Assembly: GCA_048013815.1 (NCBI GenBank)
Contig: CM106586.1
Location: forward strand, 17,546,001-17,610,000
Length of the DNA stretch: 64,000 nucleotides
DNA from: Setoptus koraiensis
Lineage: Eukaryota; Animalia; Arthropoda
Direction: 5' to 3'
Shown here piece after piece: positions 32,772-44,328 of this stretch; position 1 is the first letter of the stretch, and the number at the start of each line of letters is the position of its first letter. Made by a program: the position numbers and the translations under genes. The notes under the pieces are model-generated. The model was not told where the DNA came from. It saw nothing but the letters and a program-made list of their open reading frames with translations, and searched no databases.

Positions 32772-35075
32772 TCATTCCATATATTCGGGAAACATATTAT
32801 CGTGCAAGTGCTTATCTCTAGTGTGCTTGATTAGTTTTTCTCGCCTCTTATAAGAGACGTTACAAATTTCACAAGAGAATATGGGGCCTTGCACATGTTG
32901 CTCTTTCAAGTGGCGCGACATGGATTTCCTTGTTTTATATAGATTCTTGCAGATGGCACATTTAAAGACATTAGTATCCTTGTGATAGCACATAGTGAGG
33001 AATTTTTGTGTATCAATTAATGGGGAGCCAGTTAATTCTTGTCTAGGTTGTTGTATAGCATCTCCATTTACGCCATCTTCATGGGCATCGGGCTTTGACG
33101 AACCGTTTGTATTATTACCACCACCCACAATGATTGCCTCATCAGTAATCATTGTCTGCTCAAGTAAGTTAGACGGGTCAAAGTCGACTAAATCGGAGTT
33201 ATTTAATTCGTCTTCTAGTTCAGTTTGGTCTCTACTGATAGCATCATCACTTTCGTTATGAGAATCATTATTTGAAACACCATTTTGAGTGACATCATCA
33301 TGTCTAGTTGTTTGATTAGTACCGGTCGAGAATTGATCAGTATTAAGTTTTATAATTCTTGCGTTATTCGACAAGTTGATTAATCGTTTTTGGTTCACAA
33401 AAGTAGGTCTCTTATCGTCGGAAGATGATATCTTATCGCGGCTTAATAAAATACTGGTGCCGACCTGATTCGAAAGCCTATTCTGATGGGCCGTAACAGA
33501 GTTGCTAGATGATGTCTTTGGTTTTATACTAATTGAATGGTTCAGTCCAAGAGACGACCTATTATTGCGAAGCGAAGGTATTGTAATAGATAAAGATTTA
33601 ACTGTAGAGAATTGGGGTGCAGAATATCCGGTACTTTGGGGCATAGGAGAACTTCCAATTTCGTCAGTGAGCTCATCAGATCCGTCCGGATTTGACTTTC
33701 TGCGCTTCTTTCTCGATAGGTTTGAGTCAAAATAATCAACTTGAGGCAGATCAATTTTTGGTCGGACTGGTTGGATAGTTATATTAATTTGTTTACTTTT
33801 GTCCTGCGAAGCACTGGTCCCATTGCATGCTTCTATCTGTGTCTCCAATGGGACAAAAGTGAGATTGGGACTGTTGTCAGATGAAGGCTTATCTTGTTGG
33901 CAGCAAATTTCTTTTATGATATCGATGAGCTTGCCAACTATTGTATCTACAGATGCCATTGCACCCATTCCTATATCACCACAAGCTAACTTTTTCGCAA
34001 TACAATCGATTTTCGCGTAACCGAAAGACTGAAGTTTGGCGATATGTTCTCTCGTGAGTGGATGCTCATACATGTGGACGTTCATTGCAGGACAGAATAT
34101 TAAAGGTTTGGAAGTGTCCCAAGCTCTGGCGGTGCAAGTCAATAAATTATCGCAGATTCCGTTGGCCAATTTGCCCATAGTATTGGCATCTAGAGGCGCT
34201 ATCAAGAAAACATCAGCCCATTTCCTTAACTCAATGTGCAAGATATCATCGCCCATCTTATTCCAAGTGTTCCATTCTTCTTTATCGTCATGCACTTTGA
34301 TGTTGTCATTGAAGGTTTTGACAATTTTATCTACAGCGGTGAAATGTTTGGCATTCTCAGTCATTACTACTCTAATGTCAATACTGACCGATACAGAGCG
34401 TCCAGACGAAGTTGAGATTGTCTGAGGAAAGTGACTTCTTAATGTTTCTATCAATTCAATAAGTTTCACTGTGGCTACACTACCCGTGGCTGCGATGAGC
34501 ATGTTTAATTGTCGTGAGACAGGAATCTCAGATTGTCGGTTTAGGCAGTCCTCTTTTGTGTTAGAATGTTCAAAATGATGTTTCAGAGTTTCACCATTAA
34601 TTGGGGCAACAGTTGAGTTCTTGGTTGTTCCAGTGGCATTGTGACATTTAATATTTGTGTCAAGAGGTAGAGAAATCTTAACACTATTCGATACACTATT
34701 TGATTTGCTACTCTCAGACACTCGCTCAGAAGATGGTCCGCTCTCGTCTGGACAGTCATCAATCATTTGTTCCGCTAGTCTAGAGTTGTTTGCGACAGGT
34801 GAGGGCTTCGAACTGGAATGTTTGGTTTCGGCGGCAGAAACTGTTTCCGCTGCTCTGCTTCCTCTATTCCTAGATCTCGTCTCTCTTGTAGGCGGTGGGG
34901 ATACAAATTTTTCTTTTTCCCTGGGAACTTTCTCGCTGTCGTCTTTGGCTCGTGATTGTGTCTCCTTGAGTCTAGCATCTCTTCTGGATACTCTTGTATT
35001 TGTGGCAATGTTGCTGCTATTACACTCTTGCTCCGTCCTGGAGTCGTGCTCGGTCCGCATATTTCTTGTTCGCAT
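32772..35075 (-). CDS. PPCDC: Phosphopantothenoylcysteine decarboxylase (HFCD flavoprotein) with long N/C extensions and two C-terminal C2H2 zinc fingers
   Basis: The domain spans about 33915-34510: LIAATGSVA, ILHIELRKWAD (catalytic His), APLDANTMGKLANGICDNLLTC, PAMN, KKLACGDIGMGAMASV (catalytic Cys). The C-terminus has CAICKNLYKTRKSMSRHLKEQH and CEICNVSYKRREKLIKHTRDKH. It is a single open frame; the first ATG is at 35075 (the ORF track uses TTG 35132). Confidence 0.9.
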   Translation of the reverse strand: MRTRNMRTEHDSRTEQECNSSNIATNTRVSRRDARLKETQSRAKDDSEKVPREKEKFVSPPPTRETRSRNRGSRAAETVSAAETKHSSSKPSPVANNSRLAEQMIDDCPDESGPSSERVSESSKSNSVSNSVKISLPLDTNIKCHNATGTTKNSTVAPINGETLKHHFEHSNTKEDCLNRQSEIPVSRQLNMLIAATGSVATVKLIELIETLRSHFPQTISTSSGRSVSVSIDIRVVMTENAKHFTAVDKIVKTFNDNIKVHDDKEEWNTWNKMGDDILHIELRKWADVFLIAPLDANTMGKLANGICDNLLTCTARAWDTSKPLIFCPAMNVHMYEHPLTREHIAKLQSFGYAKIDCIAKKLACGDIGMGAMASVDTIVGKLIDIIKEICCQQDKPSSDNSPNLTFVPLETQIEACNGTSASQDKSKQINITIQPVRPKIDLPQVDYFDSNLSRKKRRKSNPDGSDELTDEIGSSPMPQSTGYSAPQFSTVKSLSITIPSLRNNRSSLGLNHSISIKPKTSSSNSVTAHQNRLSNQVGTSILLSRDKISSSDDKRPTFVNQKRLINLSNNARIIKLNTDQFSTGTNQTTRHDDVTQNGVSNNDSHNESDDAISRDQTELEDELNNSDLVDFDPSNLLEQTMITDEAIIVGGGNNTNGSSKPDAHEDGVNGDAIQQPRQELTGSPLIDTQKFLTMCYHKDTNVFKCAICKNLYKTRKSMSRHLKEQHVQGPIFSCEICNVSYKRREKLIKHTRDKHLHDNMFPEYME

Positions 35076-36081
35076 CTTGTCTGTGCTGAAGACTTGAGCG
35101 AGTTCAGATTCAGGAGATGTAATTAATGACAAATTTCTCAGACAAATAGAGTAAGCTCAAAAAGGCAATGGTAACTATCTGATGCTGCCGTGCAATCGAA
35201 CGACGAGTAAAGACACTGAAAGGCGACCAAAATACAATCCATAGGTAAAGATGGGACCGACGTTTGAATAGTACAATAAATAATAAATAGTAATAATTTG
35301 ATGAAAGTTGCTGGTGAGCTTTTGATAGCACTGAAATCAGCACTGTGTTCAGATATTTTGTTGGGCTTCTGGGGCGTGTAATCTGAAGAATTCATCACAT
35401 CAAAGAACAAGAACGGATTGGGAGCGAAACATATGATTTGTTGAATTGCATTGTTGCATGTAAAATATGAATGAGAATTCTGTGCGGGAGCTGAATCTGC
35501 AGTTTACAAGCAGTTTGATGAAATGACGCTCATACTAGCGGATGCTATTTTCTTCAATGTTTGTTGATCCGGGTGATTTTTTATCTGATATTTTGTCTCA
35601 TTGGTTGGCCCGACTATAGCTGACAAATATACATCCAGATACACAAGTTTGTTGGAGCAAATAGGCCAAAACATCTCGGCAAATCAAGCCAGTGGTAGGG
35701 CTGCAGATAAAAAGAGTGTTGCTAAACTAAACTGCAGTTTACTAGCGTGCAAGCTGTGGTCTGCAGTCTGATCAGGCCTTCATCTGCAGTTCGGTATTAC
35801 CGTTGGTATATTTGGCGGGCATGTTTGTTGTGTGTGTGTGTGTTTGTACGTGCGTCTGTATTATTTTTATTAACTGGAGTTGCGTTAGTTGAGTTGTTGT
35901 TTTCATTACGTTCATTTGAAATGAATCACTTCCATATCCCTCAAAATCCAACACAAATCTTGACCCACAATTATTTTATTTATTTATTACCAAGCTGGAT
36001 AATTCACGAGATACATTGAACGAAATTTATTAGATTGACTCGTTTATCTTTGTTGTTTGTTTCAAATCACACACAACAAAC

Positions 36082-39000
36082 ATGTACATTAAGTCTGTTT
36101 TATTGGATGGATTCAAATCCTATGGACAAAGAACGGAGATTCTTGGCTTTGATCAACTATTTAACGCCATCACCGGACTCAATGGTAGTGGAAAATCAAA
36201 CATTCTAGATGCCATATGCTTCGTATTGGGCCTGAGTAACATGAGTCTTGCCAGATGTGCAACATTAGAGGAACTTATCTACAAAAATGGCTCATTCCGT
36301 GCCCACAAAGCCATTGTTACAATCACATTCGACAATAGCGACAAAGACCAATCACCGAATGGCTACGAGGATAAACCAGAAATTGTCATTAGGCGCGAGG
36401 TTCATCAAAACAGTAGAACCAAGTACTATGTTTGTGGTCAAAGTGTCTCCAATGGCCAGGTTGCTGATTTGTTCCATAGTGTACAATTGAACATTGCCAA
36501 TCCACATTTTTTAATTATGCAAGGTAGGATAACTAAAGTGTTGAATATGAAACCTCAAGAAATTTTAGCCATGGTAGAGGAAGCAACTGGTGTTAGTATG
36601 TACGAAGCGAAAAAGAAGAGCACCTATGCCCTAATTGATAAAAAAGATTTAGTCCTCAAGCAAATAGATATGCTATTAGACGAAACTATTTTGCCAAAAC
36701 TAGATCAACTGAGAAAAGAACACGCAAATTTACTCGCCTTTCAGAATTTAGTTGTTGAACTGGAGAGTCTCAGTAGACGTTACATGGCTTGGCAGTTCAT
36801 ACAGCATCAAACCAAAGCAGACGCTGCCGCCGATAAGATACTAAAATGTAAAGACAAAATTGAAACATTTGAATCAGGCTTGAAAGAGATCGAGGATGAT
36901 CAGCAGACTATTGATTTAAAAATTGCAGAAATTGAACGGCAAAAAGACGAGATGTCCGGCGGTCAGATAGCCGAGTTGGAGAGAGCTCTCAAAGAGGAAG
37001 AGAAGAATGAGATAAAGGTGCTAAGTCAGCTAGAGACCGAAACAGACTCTCTAAAAGAAGAAGTGAAAAAGAAACAAGATCTAGAAAAGTTACTCCATAA
37101 AGATCAAACCTTAAAAGATAAGAAAAGCTCTGAATACGAAAAGTTAAAAGTGGACTTTGATCGTTCTGAAGAAACCTTCAAAGAGGCTGAGGCAGATTAT
37201 GAGCGAGCTCAAAAGAATTACGAAGCCATCAGTACTGGTATGGCTTTGAACGAACAAGGTGAGGCCGCTACCTCATTGGCTGATCAACTAATGCAAGCTA
37301 ACAACGAGATCACTCATGCTAAAACCGAGTCTACTATTGCCAAGAACAAACTAAGCCACTGCGAACAAGAATTAACCAAGAAAAGTACCGAGGCGGACAG
37401 ATACAAATCTCAATATGACTGTGATATTAAAGCATTCGAAGGTATGGAAAATACTGTCGCTAGTTTGAAAGAATCTATGGATAGTATTGGCTACGACGAA
37501 GCACAACATCAAAAGCTTAGAGATGACCGAAATAATATCAGGAAAAAAATCGAAGAGGTGCAAGCATCGATACAGACTGAAGAAAATTCTCATCTATCTG
37601 AACTCACATTCGACTACACCAATCCGTCGCCCAACTTCAACAGAGCCTCAGTGAAAGGTGTAGTTTGTAAGTTATTCAAATTAAAAGATCCCAAGTACGC
37701 CAGAGCATTGGAGACTGCAGCAGGGGGTAGATTATATTATATAATTACTGACACCGATAAAACAAGTCAGATGATCCTAGAACGTGGAAATCTCCGAAGA
37801 AGGCACAATTTTATACCATTAAACAAAATCAAAGGTCAAACTATTGATCATAGGACAATAGATGCGGCGAGAAAGGTGGCGGATGATGATGATGTGCACG
37901 CAGCAATAGATTTGGTAGAGTTTGATCCTGCTCTTCGACCTGCCATGGAATTCGTTTTCGGTGATACTATAATAGCTAGCACTCTTGATAAGGCTATGAA
38001 AATTACCTACAGTAATCTTAGAAAACGGGCAGTGTCTTTGGATGGTGATAACGTTCTGCCTGGCGGTGACATGTCTGGTGGTGCGGCTCTCAAAACTGAC
38101 AGCATACTCATCAAATTGGTTGGTCTGATGGACAAACATAGAATCCATGATCAACTTTGTGCCGACTTGACCAAAATTGACTCATTGATGGCAGAGTTTG
38201 AAAAACTGAGGGTTCAGTATCTTCCCCTGCATTCTAAATACGAGGTTGAGGCTAGTAAACTGACTGAGGTAAAAAGAAGAATGCAACAAACTAGCAAGCA
38301 TCATCAGCTTTTTGAGGACGTCAAGAATCTTCGAACTGAGCTTGAGGAAATCAAGAAATCGTTAGATTATTACAAAGAAATCCATGAGAAGGCCGAAAAG
38401 AAAGCAAAAGAATTAAAAACCAAAATGAACAACAGTGAACAGTCCCATAAGAAAGAGATGGAAGCTGCCGAAAAAGCGCTAAAGTTTGCCAAACTAAAGG
38501 TTGATAGTTCGAAGAAGGCTATAGGTCAGAAGAAAAGTAAAGTTGAAAGTCTGAGACTAGAACTTGGGGACCTGGAAAAAAGTTGTCAAACTTATAATGA
38601 TCAGGTTACTGAATTGGATCAACTATTGTTATCGAAACAATCTCAAATAGATGAATGCACAAAGGATGTTGATGAAGTCAAGTCAAAAGTCAAAGAAATC
38701 AATGATCGACTCAAGGAGAAGAAGGCCAAACTTAGGGGTCAAAATGATGAGATTAATAAATTGGTAAAGAAGAAGGACAAATTGAGTGCTGTGTTAAACG
38801 AGAAAAAATTAGAGATAAAGAAGGTTGAACATGAGATAGAGGAAATTCAATCCGAGGCAAAAGATGCTGCCCACTCGGTCAAGTCAATGTTACATAAAAA
38901 TGATTGGATAAATGAAGAGAGGCACTTGTTTGGCCGTGACGATTCTAACTACCCCTTCAACAGGCAAGATCCACCGTTTTCCATCAAAGAATTACAAGCT

Positions 39001-39633
39001 CAATTGCAAAAGTTACAAACTGCCAAATCAACGATGCAAAAATCTGTTAATCAGCGTGCCAATCTGCTGTTGTCCGATCGTGAAAAACAAGCTGAGGCCG
39101 TGAAAGATATGAGAAAAAAGTTGGAATCGGACAAAAATAAGCTAATTAGTGTGATCGCAAAAGTTGATGCCAAAAAGAAGGACGCTCTACAAAAGGCGTG
39201 GACGCAGATTAATGCTGATTTCGATTCTATTTTTTCAACGTTTCTACCTAACACTCACGCCAAGCTAGAGATTCAGGCAGGCAAGACAATTTTGGACGGA
39301 TTGGAGGTACGAGTGGCCTTTGGTGATGTTTGGAAAGAAAGCCTTACAGAATTGAGTGGTGGCCAGAGATCTTTGGTTGCCCTATCGTTGATATTAGCCT
39401 TACTTAAATTCAATCCTGCACCGGTGTACATATTGGATGAGGTTGATGCAGCTCTGGATCAGAATCATACCCAAAACACAGGAACCATGATAAAAAAACA
39501 TTTCAATAGATCTCAGTTTATTATTGTATCATTGAAAGACGACATGTTTAGAAATGCCAACGTTTTATTCAAGACAAAATTTGTTGATGGCAAATCTACT
39601 GTGGCGCGATATACTCACTCGCAACAGAAATGA
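36082..39633 (+). CDS. SMC2: Structural maintenance of chromosomes protein 2 (condensin subunit), 1183 aa, intronless
   Basis: MYIKSVLLDGFKSY, Walker A GLNGSGKSNILD, NPHFLIMQGRITKVLNMKP, hinge LETAAGGRLY/FIPLNKI, signature LSGGQRSL, Walker B ILDEVDAALD. Confidence 0.97.
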   Translation: MYIKSVLLDGFKSYGQRTEILGFDQLFNAITGLNGSGKSNILDAICFVLGLSNMSLARCATLEELIYKNGSFRAHKAIVTITFDNSDKDQSPNGYEDKPEIVIRREVHQNSRTKYYVCGQSVSNGQVADLFHSVQLNIANPHFLIMQGRITKVLNMKPQEILAMVEEATGVSMYEAKKKSTYALIDKKDLVLKQIDMLLDETILPKLDQLRKEHANLLAFQNLVVELESLSRRYMAWQFIQHQTKADAAADKILKCKDKIETFESGLKEIEDDQQTIDLKIAEIERQKDEMSGGQIAELERALKEEEKNEIKVLSQLETETDSLKEEVKKKQDLEKLLHKDQTLKDKKSSEYEKLKVDFDRSEETFKEAEADYERAQKNYEAISTGMALNEQGEAATSLADQLMQANNEITHAKTESTIAKNKLSHCEQELTKKSTEADRYKSQYDCDIKAFEGMENTVASLKESMDSIGYDEAQHQKLRDDRNNIRKKIEEVQASIQTEENSHLSELTFDYTNPSPNFNRASVKGVVCKLFKLKDPKYARALETAAGGRLYYIITDTDKTSQMILERGNLRRRHNFIPLNKIKGQTIDHRTIDAARKVADDDDVHAAIDLVEFDPALRPAMEFVFGDTIIASTLDKAMKITYSNLRKRAVSLDGDNVLPGGDMSGGAALKTDSILIKLVGLMDKHRIHDQLCADLTKIDSLMAEFEKLRVQYLPLHSKYEVEASKLTEVKRRMQQTSKHHQLFEDVKNLRTELEEIKKSLDYYKEIHEKAEKKAKELKTKMNNSEQSHKKEMEAAEKALKFAKLKVDSSKKAIGQKKSKVESLRLELGDLEKSCQTYNDQVTELDQLLLSKQSQIDECTKDVDEVKSKVKEINDRLKEKKAKLRGQNDEINKLVKKKDKLSAVLNEKKLEIKKVEHEIEEIQSEAKDAAHSVKSMLHKNDWINEERHLFGRDDSNYPFNRQDPPFSIKELQAQLQKLQTAKSTMQKSVNQRANLLLSDREKQAEAVKDMRKKLESDKNKLISVIAKVDAKKKDALQKAWTQINADFDSIFSTFLPNTHAKLEIQAGKTILDGLEVRVAFGDVWKESLTELSGGQRSLVALSLILALLKFNPAPVYILDEVDAALDQNHTQNTGTMIKKHFNRSQFIIVSLKDDMFRNANVLFKTKFVDGKSTVARYTHSQQK

Positions 39634-40132
39634 ATGATGATAAAAAGAAACAATTATAACAAGCACCTATGATTAAATACATCTTAATAGAATAAACAAA
39701 AAAGTTATTTGTATAAAATTTATAAAATGCTATCGATGCTGTCTTATAGAGGCTTTACGAAAGCTATTTATTGTTGCTAATTCTTTTCCGGTTGTTTCTT
39801 TTGTTTGCTTGTAAAAAGTCTGTCGCACAAACGCCAATAATGACGATATCTTTTGATAATGACAATTATCAAGATGCAATAGTGGAAATGGCGACATAGT
39901 AATAGTGACATTGATGATATCATTGTGAGGTTGCCGTTATGACAAACGACCATGTAAAAAATAAAATAATAACTAGGCAAGGTAAAAGGTGTGATGAAAA
40001 ACACTATACAAGAAATATGTAGAGGGACCTTTAACTTGGTCCTGAGGCCCAACACAAAAACTGGGTGCGGGGTGTACCCAAAAAGAAAGATTATGGTATA
40101 TCCCATAATGTACACAAAATAAAAGGAAAAAA

Positions 40133-43100
40133 TTACACTGAGATAGAGTCTTCGCATTCGCTATCTACCTGTTCAACATTGTTTTGAGTATGGTCATCTT
40201 GTGTTTTAGACTGTGTGGTTTGTGATGACGGCGACACCATTATTAGCTGATGAATATCGTTGACCTTCCTCTCGAGATCTACCAATTTCTTTTGTAGGTC
40301 CTTACTAAAATTCAATAGTCTTACACAATTGTGATGATGTCTCCTATAGGATTTGTTTTTAATTTCACAGCGTGTCAATCTGTTGCGTGTCCTGGTCAAT
40401 TGTCTGCCACTAATCAATAATTTATTTGTTAAATCATCCACTTTTAGTTTCATCTGATTCAATTCGCTTTTATGTTGCTCATCAGAACACTTAATTCCCT
40501 GCTTAAGCATATTGTATGATATCTCCAAGCAATCATAATTTGAATAGGAATCTCTCAATTGTTTAGTGAGCGACTTCATATTGGTCTCGGCCACATTGAG
40601 TCGCTGTCTCAATTGTTGCGTAGCCTCACCTGTCGTCGACGACTCGCCACCAATGATCAGTTGCGATTTTGGAGGCTTGCGGTCGCTGTCATCAAGTTGT
40701 TGCTGTTGTTGCTGCTGGTCGCCTGTTGCGCACTCGGGTTCCACCACTATCACCTGAGGCGTGTGAGGGCGCCCCTTGAGTTGCTCCTTCAGCATGTCGA
40801 TGACCGTTTGTTGCCTGTTGAGGCGATCTTTCAACTGATAAAACTCAATCTGACGCTGCTCCTCCAGCGACTCAACCATTAGTTTGGCCTCCTTCTCGTC
40901 GACAAGCATCAGCTTGCTACTGTGATGATCCACAAGGTGCTCTTCTTCGTCGTCGTCGTCGTCCGATTCGCAATGCTCTTGCTGGTCGCCCTTGGCTTGT
41001 GTCGGCACGTCTTCGAAATTCTCGCCCAACAAATCGTCTTTCGGCAGCGCGCCCGACGAGGCGAGCTTGTCAGAGGCGCCGTCGTCGAGCTCATCGTCTT
41101 TTTGGTCGTGTGTCGGTTGACCGTTGGTCGGGGCTGCTGTTTGTTCTGCTGTCTTGGTCAGTCCTAAATAGGGGCCAGTGAGTTCGAGACTGGCGAGAAT
41201 CTGTTTCGTTTGTTCGCTCAAGTCCATGGAGATGGCCGCTCTCAATCGAGCGTCGGTGGTTGTTGTTGTTGTTGTTGTCTGTTGCTCATTGACGTTGTTG
41301 TCCGTGTCGATTGGAGTTGCTGGCGAACAGGTGGTTTGCTGCTGTTGGTCGCCACGAATTGAGTTGCTAGTGTTGCTGTTGTCATCACAAAAAGTATTTG
41401 TTTGGTCTGATTTGTGCAAGTCAACTAAATCATGCAAACAATTAACAATGTCATCACTAGTCACCACTGGCGCCGCTGGCGCCGTTGCATGGTCGTTGGC
41501 TGTATCACCTGTGAGCTTGTTGTAAATGTTGTCTGTCAGCAAGTGATGCAACGGATGCTTGCTTGCGTCGTCGGGCTCTTCATCGTCGGAACACGATTCG
41601 GCCTCTGACTCGGACGAGCTAGTGGCCGAGGAAACTGACGACGACTCGGACGAGCAAGAGGCCGACGACTCGGACGACTCGCATGACTCGGACGACTCGG
41701 ACGACGACGAAGAAGAGGAACTCAGATCGAAAGTAACCCTTTTCTTGTCCTTCAACACCAACGAGCAAGCCTCGTGTTGCTGCTGCTGCTGCCGCCGTTG
41801 CCCATTATGTAACGGATGGAGATCTGACGAGCACGACGACGAGGACAAACAACATGCTGTTGCGTTAACTATGGCAGGCTTAATGGACTTGACAGCGGGC
41901 GCCAAGGTGAATGTGAGATTGATAGTGGGCGACTGGCATCGGGGCTGCTCGTCTAGTCGATCTGTGGTTGTTGTTGTTGTTGTTGTGGTCGTTTTAACTT
42001 GCGACTGATCACTGACAGTGTCCAGTCTGCCAACCAGACTCCTGACACTTGTCAACTTGTCACTGTTGTTGTGACTGTACAAATGAACGGAAGTCTCCCT
42101 GATGGTGGCCGTGGCGAGCGCCACCTCGGCCGCGGCCGCCGTCGTCGATTCGAGCGCCGTCGCCGCAGCCACACACGATCTTACGCAATAATCGTCGTCT
42201 TGCTGTTGTTGTTTTTCACGGTCACCTGTCAGTGCAGTTTTTTCTATCACACGCTGCTGTCCGCCGTGAGTGTCGTCGTCGTCGTGGTCGCCGCTGACCG
42301 CTGGCCGAGCTTGCTGCAGCCTGATCGCAGCATCACTGGTAATAGTAGTTGCGGCAACACCATCGTCATCACGCTGCACCAACCTGTGGCGCTCGTCAGC
42401 GTCACCTTGGCCGTCGTTGTCGTCATCACAATCGCGGGCACCGTCATGGAGCGCGTCGTTGTCGTCATTGTGGTTGTCGTCGTAATCGGTGTCTCGCTTG
42501 TCATGATTGTCGTTGTGTCGAGCGTCGCTAGCAGCATCGATAGCTGTTGATAATTTGATCATTTGCTCACCGTTTTTGCCGCTGCCGCTGCTGTTGTTGT
42601 TGTTGTTGCTGTTGTTGTCGTTGCTGTTGTTGCTGTTGTTGTTGTTGAATTGACTAGATTTGCTACAACTAATGGGCAACTTGTGAATATCACGCTCGCC
42701 GCCGTGACACCTAGAGCCCACGGGCACCGCACTAATTGCGTTGCCCAGCGCGGGGGCGTGTGCGTGTACGGGCATCAGTCGGGTGCAGGCCAGCGGTGGA
42801 CTTATGCAAGAGCGGGCTTCCTGACCGACGGAACAAACGGAGCTGGCATTGCTGCTGCTGTTGCTTATGTTGTCGTCGCTGGTATTAATAGATGACGACG
42901 ACGACAATTGCAACGACAACGACCTGTTGTTGTTGGTTACGGCGGTGCTAGTGGGGCTGCTCCTGATGCCGGTCGTTGTCGTTGTTGTTGTTGTTGTTGT
43001 TGTGGCCGTTTTGTTATTGTTGCTGTTGGCTGTTGTGGCCGCAACAGCGACAGGTGATTTTCTGTCTCTCGAATATGGGCCATAATGAGGGCTTGCGTAG

Positions 43101-44269
43101 TGATGAGCGGGCGGCGTCACTGTCGCGCTAGAATATTGATGGCCATCAGCTGGCATTGACAGTGACGTGGCCGCGGCCGTTGCTGTTGTTGTTGTTGCTG
43201 TGGACGATGTGTCGAAGCCAATTATGGTGGAATCACTGACGGAGTTGTGCAATCTGATTTTGCGCAAAGTGACAGTTAAATTGTCCAAATAGGATAGGTC
43301 AGTAGTGTGGTGCAGCTGCTGTTTGCTGCTGATGTTTTGCTTGCCATTTAGGTTGCTGTTCAGGTTGCCATTTAGGTTACCGTTGAGGTTGCTGTTAGTG
43401 TTGCCGTTGGCGCTGTTGGCGCTGTTGTTGTTGTTGTTGTTAGTATGTTGCGGTGGCGCTGACGCAATCAGTGGGCCGTTCGAGGTTGGCGAGCTCTTGG
43501 CCGACGACGCGTTGCTGGCGCTGTTGATGGATATACCGTCGTCGTCTTGTTCCGCCGAGGTGCTCTCGAGAATGGCCTCCAACCATTGGCTTCGGTCCAT
43601 CAGGGACGAGGCGGCCAGCACGTGATGTTCGCCGTTCCACATCTAGCGATCATCGTTTGGCAAAATTTTGCAAAATTGGCAATGTCAACAGAGAAAAATA
43701 TCAACGGTCAGTATCAACAAGTGTGTGTAATCGTGAATATCGCTCAATAGTGGCCATAATTTGTCAAGAGATTAGACGCGCCGTAATTGGCCGTGGCTTA
43801 ATTGGCATAATTGGCATAATTGGCATAATTGGCATGATTGATTGTGCACAATCGATTCGAATCAGCTCAACTGGGCCTAATTCAATTATGGCCACTCAAT
43901 TGTGTGACTCACAACCTGTGAGAGGGCACATAACGGTTGTGCGACTGGTGCGCTTGCCATGTCCAGACAGACAAACAATGGCCAAACAACAACAACAACA
44001 ACATCGATTGATGCTCTCATTGTTGTGTATCGATGAGGGACGCACCGCACAACAACGACAGGTGAGGGCGACACAGGCCGAAATTGGGCCAGTGGTCACT
44101 CGAGCGCTGGCTGGCTAGCTGGTCAGCGTTGGCCGGCCAGCCTCGGCCGCCAACATCGGCCGGCGACGAGATATTTCTCGCAACTGCTGCCGCATTTCGC
44201 AACTGCAATATCAATTACGTAAGCAAACAAATGGAGGTCAATTTGTTGTCGGTGTCCATTGTTGTTGCC

Positions 44270-44328
<59 letters not shown>

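Noticed and set aside
35138-35410. 90-aa ORF upstream of PPCDC
   Set aside because: Non-ATG start, no recognisable motif and no clear splice link; probably 5' UTR or intergenic.
39777-40157. 126-aa hydrophobic ORF after the outspread-like stop
   Set aside because: AT-rich 3' UTR between convergent genes; the hydrophobicity reflects T-richness.
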